Source: Chrysomallon squamiferum (taxonomy: Eukaryota; Animalia; Mollusca). From it: a stretch of DNA of 64,000 bases. The stretch covers positions 14,694,001-14,758,000 of the forward strand of contig CM022673.1 of the NCBI GenBank assembly GCA_012295275.1, given 5' to 3'. Of this stretch, positions 1 through 21,200 are shown in pieces (the stretch's first letter is position 1; every line of letters starts with the position of its first letter). Under the pieces are notes generated by a model. The model did no database searches and had not been told where the DNA came from. It saw nothing but the letters and a program-made list of their open reading frames with translations. The position numbers were made by a program, and so were the translations under genes.

Positions 1-9237
<9,237 letters not shown>

Positions 9238-9559
9238 TTTGATACAGAAAGAGGTAACAGTAATACACACATTTATGCCTGTGTCTGCTAAAAGTTGGTC
9301 TTCAAATAGTCCACATCAGTCAACTGCATATAAACTGTTTTAAACATCACTGTTTGTTAGAGCCAGACATATTGGTACCGGAATCGAAAATTTATCTTTA
9401 TCAAAACAGAACTGAGATGTGTCAGTTTGTCAGAACATAGTATGGAATTGTCTTCAGAACTTAACACTCTCTTCTTATCAGAAGTGAACTAAATTGTCTC
9501 TGTCAGAGCAAAACACATAAATAAATCAGTCATATTTTCTTCTGTGCACATCTGTGAAT

Positions 9560-9910
9560 CTGTATCACATACTCACTATACCTGTCTCTGTACATACGTA
9601 TTCATTGCACCTGTGTCTGTATATACGTATTCACTGCACCTGTGTCTCTATATACGTATTCACTGCACCTGTCTCTGTATATACATACTCACTGCACCTG
9701 TCTCTGTATATACATACTCACTGCACCTGTCTCTGTATATACGTACTCACTGCACCTGTGTATCTGTACAGACGTACTCACTACTCCTGTGTCTGTTTAA
9801 ATACGTATTCACTACTATTAATTTCTGTATATACGTACTCACTACAACACTATATATATATACGTATTCACTACACCTCTGTCTGAATAAACGTGCTCAC
9901 CACACCTGGA
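9560..9910. repeat. 29-bp minisatellite (cactgcacctgtctctgtatatacgtact), about 12 copies
   Basis: Period 29 seen, e.g. 9661 to 9690. Confidence 0.9.
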
Positions 9911-10748
9911 AGTGAGTATACGCAAACTCACCACACGGTATTTTACAACGTCTGCGTTTGACAAAACAAAAGTCGAGAAACGCTAACGTAGTGAACAGCG
10001 CACGGCTACAGCACGCAGCGGAACACACTACGTTATCAGTTTACAATGATAACACACGAGTGACGGCCAGTCATAACGGAACATTTGTTCCAATCTGCTT
10101 AAACTCGACTTTCTGCAGCAGAGTGGTCCTCTCTGTGATCCGACACCGGAGACCACACCTTTCTTCCTCTGCACAGACGTTTGTGAGGGTGAGTCAAATT
10201 AAAATAACTCCCAGAAAGCTAGGTTCAGCATCAAACAAACGATATATGAACGCTATAGTTTATAACTGATTATAAGCTGTCAAATGTCGTGTCAAGCAAC
10301 TGACCGACATGTAATATTTACTTTGTAAATCTGACTTGTATCAAGTGACCGTTACCATAGTCCGAGAGATACTTAAATAAACATTTAATTGTTTATACCA
10401 CAATACCACAGTCCGACACTTATTTGTATAAATACTGAAATTTCCTTTAGTTTACCTTTATAACTCAATAGATATATAAACATTTAAATATCTTACACAT
10501 AATGCTGATGTCACAGTATCCTGGTAATGTATGAATATAAACATTGAGATTTTTGATACAATAAATAAAAACAGTGAAATATATACAGCTATATGTTTGT
10601 TCTGAAACGTCTGTGTGTGTGTGTGTGTGTGTGTGTCTCTGTCACTTTCTCATCTCTGACTTCATGTATCTCTCATTTTTTCTCTCTTTATCTCTCTCTA
10701 GCTCTGTCCCTCTTTCCATCTCTCTATTTCTCTGTATTTCCCATCTCC

Positions 10749-10992
<244 letters not shown>

Positions 10993-11520
10993 GTAATCAT
11001 ATATATCACACACACGCTGTTTTCTGTGTATTAAAAACGAGTTCACATGAAACTGTGCTATCAGGGTGAACTGAACACAACCTGGCTGTTTCTGCTGAAA
11101 TGTCTTTATGATGACTTTTTTTTTTACTTGTTTGTGCTATCAGTGTTTTTCCCTTAATCTCTTCAGTCACATTTTTTTATCCTTTATGAATGTTTTATGT
11201 ATAAGTAACGACTTTTAATTTAATTTTATTTGCAGTCAGACAGCTTCTCTCTAGATTACTTAAATTACAAACTTACTTAATGTAAAATCTTACTTGTGAA
11301 AATCAGTACAGTTTTCAGAAAATGGAAGAAGAAAATGAAAATGATTCCGACGACAGTAGCAAGGACGACATGACACGATGATGATAGTGATTATAGTGTT
11401 GGTGATGGAGATGATGATGATGATGACGATAACATCAGTATTGAAGATAAAGTGGTTTTTTTTTAATACTTAATATGATGAGGATGATAACAATGATGAT
11501 GAAGAGATTATATCTTAAGT

Positions 11521-11523
<3 letters not shown>

Positions 11524-11608
<85 letters not shown>
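11524..11608. repeat. (CT)n microsatellite
   Basis: Direct reading. Confidence 0.95.
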
Positions 11609-11611
<3 letters not shown>

Positions 11612-12227
11612 ACACAAATAACAAATACACCTATACATCTCCATTCTGCTGTTTCCGCGCAGACAAACACACAAAGTAAATAAGCACAAAAATCAGTTCC
11701 AGACGAGAGAACTTACACGTATTAATTATCGTTAAAAGAACAACGTATTTTTAGAAACTCTGGAAAAGCAAAGCCTTTGCGTATTCTACATACTCGACAT
11801 AGTTTTAATTAAACAGGAATAGAACACTTTGTTTTTGTTCAATTGTTGCACTGTTCAGAATGAGAATGTCAAAAGTGAACGGAAATATCAAACTTGAGTA
11901 CAGCAGATTTTTACAATAATCCCTCTTATTACCAACTTCGACATAACATTGGAATATCAGCAACATGCTGTTTCCATGGTAACATTATGTACGTTTGCTC
12001 CCGTATACATTAAGATGACTGTCCCTCCTTTGAACATATGTTACTACGATTTCTACTACTTGCAATACCACTACTAGACTTACTAGTATTTATACTAGTA
12101 TTACTATTAACTTTACAATTGTTCTTTATAATACTTCTACTATTACTTTATAATTAATAGTAAAGTAACTCCGGTAGGATCAACAGAAAAATAATAAATA
12201 ATAGATTTTGTGCGTATATTTACCGAG

Positions 12228-12273
<46 letters not shown>

Positions 12274-12759
12274 TTCGTGCCTGTGTGAATATTGTTTTAA
12301 TTCAAGATAACCAAAAATTTCTACTAACTAAATCACTGATTAATTAATTAAAACAGAAAAATAACATGGATTCCTCTTATTTTTATTTTTTGTTTTTTTA
12401 TTTTTTTCAATCGGCTTATACGATCTTCATATTTTTTAGCAGGATGTGCAATTATTGTACAGAGAAAGTTTATTTTGCAGTGAGAGTGACATTTTTTTTC
12501 TCACACACACATACATACATACACACACTATCTGTCTATCTATCTATTTATCTATGTATATAAATATATAACTATCTACCTATCCCTCCTCTCTCACTCT
12601 CTTTCCCTCACTCAATCACACATACTCTTTTGTTGTTTTAAAACTTATTCCAGATTAACAAAACAAAAAAAAAAAATACAAAAAAGAATTTTATTAGTTC
12701 ACTGCTTGCTATCTGTTAGTGGCGTCCGGTTTACTCTGAAAAATAACATAACTATAAAT

Positions 12760-12935
12760 AATTAGTACCTGTAGATAGTTCACCTGAAAATAATCTAATT
12801 TTTACTTATCTAATTAATACCTGTAGATAGTCCACCTGAAAATAATCTACTTTTTACTTATCTAATTAATGCCTGTAGATAATTTACCTGAAAATAATCT
12901 AATTCTTACTTATTTATTTAGTACCTGTAGAAAAG
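12760..12935. repeat. 52-bp tandem repeat, about 3.3 copies
   Basis: tacctgtagatagttcacctgaaaataatcta...acttatctaatta repeated. Confidence 0.85.
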
Positions 12936-13704
12936 TTTGCCTTGATGAATAAATTATCATCAGTCCATATCAGTTTTAACTCGTTATATGTTCCGCTTTG
13001 TACATAGCAATGTAAGTGGTTACTGTCATAAACTAAGTAGCCTATTCCTACATTTTTGTTTATTCCATTATTTAAAACAAAAAAAAATAAAAAATAAAAA
13101 TGGTTGAAATCGAATGCATCTTACACATTATTAAATAGTAATTAAAATCTTTAAATTTTTTATTTAATTGTAATTCTCATACACACTGACGAACACGAAC
13201 ACACACACACACCTAACTTTTCATATTTGAATATATCAGGTACTTAACAAAATAAAAAATAAAAATAATAAAACACTGATCTGAGATTTTGCCTTTGATT
13301 TTTGGTGTTTTAAATCAGAAAATGTAAACTATTGTGTATGTCATTTTTATTTTTATCTATGGTACGTTTATTTTCACTTATCATCAATTTACCATTTCAC
13401 GTTGTTATTATCATAATGTTTACGTATGTGCATTTCACTGGATGAAATACGGTTTCTGCATCTTTTTTCTCTTCATAACAAACGAGACTATCAGACTGAC
13501 TCTATATAAATATGACTTCACGTGGTTTTTTTGATGCTACTACAAACAAAACGTTTAAATTAATAGCTATCACTGAACTCTTTCTCCTTCAGTTAACTCC
13601 CGTGATACAGACGCCATTATCATATTCGCGCAGGCGCATTTGCAATTACTTTATAGAAAAAGGTAAGGAGTGTATAATTATTTGTAAATCACACAGAGAT
13701 TAAA

Positions 13705-13975
13705 AATAAATGTTTATCAATACCTCAACACACTTTAATTTTGACAGTTTTTTTCAGTAATAATATTTATTTGTATAATGATGGTGTGCCAGAGAAATTC
13801 ACTGCCATCACAGCATGGGCTGCATTATCCAGCAGCAGCTAAGAATATTTTTTCACATGGACTTTGTCATATACTGGAAAGATAAATCAGTCGCAGGCCA
13901 CTGGGTCGTGTGGGAAATACACGAACACTGGGAATGAAAAGGATTGAACATATAACCTATCACGTTCTAGGTCTG
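13705..13975 (-). mobile_element. Degenerate tRNA-derived SINE copy (Nin-domain-like, gastropod type)
   Basis: ctcaacacac...ctgccatcacagcatgggct...cagcagctaagaatattttt...cagtcgcaggccactgg resembles, from memory, the abundant gastropod SINE consensus. Not searched against a database. Confidence 0.45.
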
Positions 13976-14639
13976 TGTTCTATTTTAATATACCCTTCTC
14001 CCTTCTTTCTCTCGTTTTAGACACAGACACTATAAATGTCCTACAACTAAAATGTTTTGGATTCTGATCTGACGTAGTCTTGGAAATAAAAACAGCGAAT
14101 TAAAACGCCTCAATAACACAGACATTTTATTTAACTCTCTGCATCAGATTTCATTTAGAACCTTATCTCGTGAACCACATAAAACGATTTGATAGGCTTA
14201 GTATTTTATCTTCTTCTGAAATTCCCTTCAGGTTTTTTGGAATTATATGTTGGCAATGTAGATTTTTATTTCATTTTCTTATTTATATATTTTATTTTAT
14301 TTCATTTCATTTTGTTTTACTGGCTATTTAATTTTAATTTATATCATTCTATTTATTTATTTTTACTTTTATTTATTTTTATTTTTACATTCAAACACGT
14401 GCATATGTATATAATAATGTGCGCAGATAGATATAAAGAGAAGAAAATGCGCTGGTGTTTTTTAATGTTGTTGTAGTTATTTCATATTCTTTGTTTCAGC
14501 ATTTCAACATTTTTATGACAATTCGAATTCAGCAGACAAATAAAGAAAATTAAAAACAATTTAAAAATAATAATAATAATAATTTTTTTTTTTATTTTGA
14601 ATATCGTGTAACTAATCAGTTAAGTCATGAAACACAGAA

Positions 14640-14865
14640 CTGATTCAGTCGTCATCAGTTTTCTTATTAGCCTTTTTTCACGTTCCTACCAGCGCCTAAC
14701 AGTGAGATGTGTTTTCTTGTCGGGAAAAATATGTTTAAAAAAAGTAACACGAAATAATAATAGCTGATTTCCTGTCTGATGTTAGCATCTTTGTGTAAAC
14801 ACCATGTTTGATATCTAAGATCCATTAATATTAATATGTGTCGAGGTCCTTTTAACCAAATTATT
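14640..14865 (+). mobile_element. Degenerate SINE copy (same family)
   Basis: gttcctaccagcgcc...atgtgttttcttgtc...tttcctgtct...accatgtttgatatc...atgtgtcgagg follows the recalled SINE body and tail order. Confidence 0.4.
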
Positions 14866-15297
14866 ATTTAATTTCTCATTTATTCTTAAACGGAACAGAT
14901 GTTAAAATCTGTAATATAAAAATGCTTATATTACCAAAGGGAGTGAGTACGTTGTTTAGGTGAAATCATTCAAACGCTAGCTTGTGGCGGTTTTCAGATG
15001 AATCCCAAAGCTGGACCACACATTTCTGGTTTTGTCATTGATCTTTGACCTATTGAAGTCAGGTGTAGGCTGAGTTTAGTGGGAACCACACACTGGTCGT
15101 TAGATGCATGAACCCGACATGAGGTGATGAAAGAGAAAACTGGTGTAACAAAACACACAGATGTTACAAACACATCACAGACTGAAACCAAAAAACTGAC
15201 ATTGTAGGAACTTCCACAAATATCAACAGAATAAATTTCTAAAAGTGTTTTCTTTACCTGTAATGAAATAATAAATAGACTGATTGATTGTTTTTAG

Positions 15298-15343
<46 letters not shown>

Positions 15344-16419
15344 TTGATCGTAATTGTTTATACGTTGTTGTTTTTAATTATGTTTTATTTAACTCACAGA
15401 CATCCTCCCGTGCTAATAATAAACTGTGACTGTACTATAACAATAACGTATCACTAAAGAATAGTGCCTACAGGTATTTTGTTTTGTTGTTTTTTATGTA
15501 TTTTTCACAACACATTACATATATTAAAAAGTGACAAATACAAGAAATTTTTCTACGCGTTTGATTAGTCACCGTTACTGAACTGACAAAATACCATGTC
15601 AGTGTACGAGAAACACTGGAAAATGACATCAGATCTGTTAAATTAATGTATGAGGGTAGAACATTTTTAAAAACATCAGCGGGAAATACACAAACTATAT
15701 TTATTTTGTTTATTAAAAACCAGCAATACCTGTTCTAAATATCCCCTACACACACACACACACACACACACATTACCAAGTAGACCCGCCCTTAACACAG
15801 GTCGAGACAGGCAACATGAAAACAAATAAGGGCTATCAGAAATGTCACGTAGGAAATGTTATTAAATTGCAAAACGTTTATTAATAACAGATAAAACAGT
15901 CTGAATTAATAATGTCGAGATAAAAATGTTGACACTTGGAATGTTCGGACACCGAATGTCAACGTAATTAATAGCAGGAGATATAAAAAAAATAAAATAA
16001 ACAGTAAATATTGTTGCGACTGATAAAGTACTAGCGAGTTGATTTTAATTAGTCTGTCTGTTATTTCTAACAGTGTTTAACATGAGTGATTTTAATAGAA
16101 ACACAGAAATGAAATAAATTAATACTTATTTATTCAACTCACTAACTGAAATGAAAATGGATGAATAAATATCTGAGATTTGGATGTTGTATCAAGCACA
16201 CATGTAATCATAAAGAAGAGAAGAAAAAATCAGCGTAAACATAAATGAAGCAGCATGTTCAAATATTCCATATTTTCTAAATATGAATAAAACGATGTGC
16301 TTCTTTTATTCAGGAATAAAATTTTGTAAGTTTTGCAGTTATTGGAAAGTCTATATTATTTTATTATTCCGAAACTATGATACATCATTTTGCTGTTTTT
16401 AGCCATTAAGTGTTAGACA

Positions 16420-16570
16420 TATTTTGGAACAATGCCAGCTTTTCTATGGCTGGTGTGTCAAAACGTTCATGGAATGATGTACACGGGAAAATAAAAACTG
16501 CCTTAATGATTTTCGGTAACAGTAACCCATTAAGGGCTAGCGAGTTTCTTCTCTCGTATTATTAGTACAA
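16420..16570 (+). mobile_element. Degenerate SINE copy (same family)
   Basis: gccagc...gctggtgtgtcaaa...catggaatg...agtaacccat...gctagcgagtttcttctctc resembles the recalled SINE core. Confidence 0.4.
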
Positions 16571-16674
16571 GTCATGTAACGGATTCGTTAAACAAATTAA
16601 TGTCTGTCTGGGTGAACGCGTGACTGGGTGTAAACAAACTAGTAAAATAAAATAATTAATAAATGGGTCAACAG

Positions 16675-16915
16675 TATCTTTGTAAATATCAAATCTGTTT
16701 GTAAATAAGTAATCTAATATTTGTAAATATCTGATGAAATTGTTTGAAAATATCTAACGAAATCTTTGTAAATATCTAATAAAATCTTTGTAAATATCTA
16801 ATATAATGGTTGCAGTTATCAGTCTAACGTTTATAAATATCTAATAAAATCTTTGTAAATATCTAATATAATGGTTGCAGTTATCAGTCTAACGTTTATA
16901 AATATCTAATACAGT
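16675..16915. repeat. AT-rich tandem repeat (atctttgtaaatatctaat) including a ~65-bp duplication
   Basis: Direct reading. Confidence 0.8.
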
Positions 16916-17998
16916 ATTTCAAGTGAAAACTTGTCTGACCGAACATTCAGTAGAAATAATTAAACAAGTTTGCTTAACGTGGAAGCCACATAATTTCTCA
17001 AAAATCATGCAAGATAAAAGAACAATGAAATAATGATAATAACAATAATGATAATCTCTAAATAATATAATTACGTTTAATAATTCTGTTGTTTTTCCTG
17101 TGGTCAGATACAAGTTATCTTTGTTTCTGTACGCCACTGCAGCGTATTCTTTATTTAGCAAAAAAAAGTTTTTTCTCTTCACAATTCTCTTAGCATTCTA
17201 ACAGACGTTTGTGTTAAATAAACATCTGCAGTAAATAAATAAATCAGCAGCAAAACTCTTTTTACTGGCTGATGTAGACAGTTTCCTTATCAACACTAAA
17301 TCTTTGTTCTCTGCGTCAGAGTGACTAAGAATTTTGCTTTTGTGTAAATGATAAACAACTTTTTTAAAAACGGATAAAAAATATAATTTTTCCTGAAATG
17401 CTGATGTTGAAAATGTATGTATCTAATGAAGCTATGTATACACTGATTATCAGACATAGGCTGAAAGGTTAATATTTATCATATAAAATATAGCTATTTC
17501 TGTTTTCTATGGTTTTAAAATTAAACTGTTTTTGGATCAGCAGTTTTTACACTGATAAGCGTTAACGTTTCTCAGCTGACTCGACCCACAAATACTGACC
17601 TCAGATATAAAATGAATAAAAATTTCTTCTGCATAAATAAATAAATAAGTAAATATATATATATATACTATTTAAAATAATAATAAATTTAAAAATCTAT
17701 AAATGAATCAATAATAAACTAACAAAACTTGAGTGTTTACAAAATAAGATGAATCACACGATTCTTAAATTTGTTTTATTTATTTCTTTCTCTGATTAGT
17801 GTAAAAAAAAACTTTCGAAATAATTTATATACCATGATTTGAGACATGCTTTGTTTTTTCACACGATGAAATAAAAAACAACAACAGTACGTTGCTTTCC
17901 CTGTAAAAATGGTAAAGAAATACTGATTGTCACCTGCTTTTTTCACTGCGTATTTTCTACACGTAGAACACGTAAAAACACATCAGACTGACAGTGCC

Positions 17999-18270
17999 TC
18001 AGTGTTCTTTTCTCTTTTTACCTACAGACTTTGTTTTTGATGTTTTTAGTAAGTTTTGAGATCGCCGGTTAAATGAAACTTCTTCATCAACTATCTCGTA
18101 ATCACTGTCTGCCTGGGGAAACTGCTTTTTCTCTTTAACAGTAGTTCTCAGACAATCTTCATGTGAAAGATCAAGGTCTTTTGTGTAGAAAAGAATGTAT
18201 GCTTGAGACTGAAGAACTTCTTTCAGGGGACACAACTCTACTTTAGAATCGTTACAGTAGACCCAGGAAT
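17999..18270 (-). CDS. USP44: USP44/49 exon 15 (terminal)
   Basis: ttttag|[31 protein letters not shown]...KKRKEH*. Confidence 0.88.
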
Positions 18271-21200
18271 CTAAAAAGCAAATTACTTTTTAAATTTCTG
18301 TAATATAAACTATCAACATCACATGTCCATTGGTCTCTCTGTGTGTATGTGTCTGACTAAATATACATATAACAATATATTCATTAGTTCAATGTATCAG
18401 CATGACTGTATTTATAAATGATGTATAATAAATTCTTATACAAGTGTTTCTCCAGTAAACCTACTCATCATTATCTACTTACAGAATTTAATATAACAAT
18501 AATCATATGTCTGTATGTGTGTATGATTAGTGTTCAGATCCGAGTATCTACATTACTGCATAACATTAATTATAAAATAACAAAATTATTAGATGTTTAT
18601 CTGTATGTCTATTTACCTTTTATCTAATCTGTAATCCTTATTAATACCATAACTAAAATATATGAGATGTAGTATTTGTAATAAAAAAATAATTTGTACA
18701 TGTATCTATTTTCTGTGTAATCTAATCCTTACTTGCTTTTTAATTATAACATAAATGTTATTACATGTCTGTCTGTGCATGTGTATGTTTGTGTAAATAA
18801 TCTGTCCTTATTAGTTATATTAGCACAAAAGAGTAATAAATATAATAATGTCTGTATGTCTGTCTGTGTGGATAACATGTCCTGATAAAAGTATTAATGT
18901 AACTGGAAGCTGTTAACAGGTATTCACTGTTTGTCTACCTGCTTCATTATTCCAGCAATAAGCTGTATAATGTCCCGATCCAAACCCTCGGCCATGATGT
19001 ATGATGACTGCTGTCAACTTGTAACCACACTCAGATGTCACAACTTCGTCTGAACAGAATGAGGACATGTCGAGTGCATCGTCAAACGCTACGTCTGTAC
19101 AGATTTTCTCTCTGTGATTTCTCCCTGACCACCTGAAATATATATTTTATTTATATGTATATACACACACAACACAAACACACACACACACACACACACA
19201 ATATTAGTCTGTACATGTCTGTAGGTCTGCATGGATGTCTGTCTCTCTGTGTGATTGTGTGATAGTTACAGATCTTCTCTCTGTGATTTCTACATGACCA
19301 CCAGAAATATATATATATATATGTGCATGCAAGTCTGCATGTTTGTTGGTCTGCCTGTATGTATATGTGCATGGACATTATTTATATATCTATATCATCT
19401 ACAAGAACATCTCCAGACAGGCCTATATAGCAGTGTGTCACATCTTGTTAAGTATACATATGTGTGTCTGTTTATCTATATGACTGTATGTCTGGGTGTC
19501 TATTTCTGTATGATTGTATGCCTCTGTGACTCTATGTCTGTCTGTCTGACTATATCTGTGAGTCTGCATGCCTGTATTTCTGTGTGTTTTTATTTCTCTC
19601 TGTATGTATCACAAAGTTAAAAGTAACACACCTAAATCTTTTCAAATGAAGACGAAGTACGTGAGGAAGATTGTTAATGAGGAGTTGTTTATGTGCTGCC
19701 GTGTAAACATTCTTCTTCTTCCTGCGACCTTCATTGTAAATGTTAACAAATAATAATATTAACTCTATATTACACAATTAACAGAAATAATTATAATTAT
19801 TTCCTGTATTTGAAGGAGACAAATAATAATTTTAGTTTGCATGGTAAAAACAGATAATATAATGCCTATAATTTTGTTTATCTAAAAGTGATAATTAACA
19901 CATTTAAAAATAGATATATCTCTATTTAATTATAAATAACCAGTGTTAAACACAGATTAGTGTAAAAAAAATAATCTTCTGTTTAACAAATTTTACTTTT
20001 TACAGATCAAACAAACAAGTTTTAAAGGAATTTAAAAAAAAAACAAAAAAAAAAAACATGTAAAGAAATTAAAATAACCAGTTCTTGAAAAAGAAGACAG
20101 TGAAATAATTAAGTCATCAAAATATTAATAAATTAAATTGAAAAAAATAAATTTACTTACGATTACAGAATTCACAACCATAGCTTTCTCCTTCCAGTTC
20201 TTCTTCTTGAGTGAAATTTTCTAATATTTCTGAATTAAAAAAATTAAACACACAGTAAACATTAACCTTCTATATGACACAGATCTAAACACACAGTAAA
20301 ACATTAACCTTCTATGACACAGATCTAAACACACAGTAAACATTAACCTTCTATATGACACATATCTAAACACACAGTAAAACATTAACCTTCTATGACA
20401 CAGATCTAAACACACAGTAAAACTTTAACCTTCTATATGACACAGATCTAAACACACAGTAAAATTATTAACCTTCTATATGACACAGATCTAAACACAC
20501 AGTAAAACATTAACCTTCTATATGACACAGATCTAAACACACAGTAAAACATTAACCTTCTATATGACACAGATCTAAACACAGTAAAACATTAACCTTC
20601 TATATGACACAGATCTAAACACACAGTAAACATTAACCTTTTATATAACACACAGTAAAACATTAACCTTCTATATGACACAGATCCAAACACACAGTAA
20701 AACATTAACCTTCTATATGACACAGATCTAAACATACAGTAAACATTAACCTTTTATATAACACACATCTAAACACACAGTAAAACATTAACCTTCTATA
20801 TGACACAGATCTAAACACACAGTAAACATTAACCTTTTATATAACACACATCTAAACACACAGTAAAACTTTAGCCTTCTATATGACACACATCTAAACA
20901 CAGTAAAACTTTAACCTTCTATATGACACAGATCTAAACACACAGATCTAAACACACAGTAAACATTAACCTTTTATATAACACAGATCTAAACACAGTA
21001 AAACTTTAGCCTTCTATATGACTATATGAAACACAGTAAAACATATGACACAGATCTAAACACACAGTAAACATTAACCTTTTATATAACACAGATCTAA
21101 ACACACAGTAAACTTTAGCCTTCTATATGACACACAATCTAAACACAGTAAAACGTTAACCTTCTATATGACACAGATCTAAACACACAGTAAACATTAA

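Noticed and set aside
9544-9915. Cys/His/Tyr-rich ORFs
   Set aside because: Translations of the 29-bp minisatellite
12760-12935. Tandem 15-nt microexon-like cassettes on the minus strand (ttttcag|GTGAACTATCTACAG|gta)
   Set aside because: Spacers of about 37 nt are too short for introns and no host gene is evident
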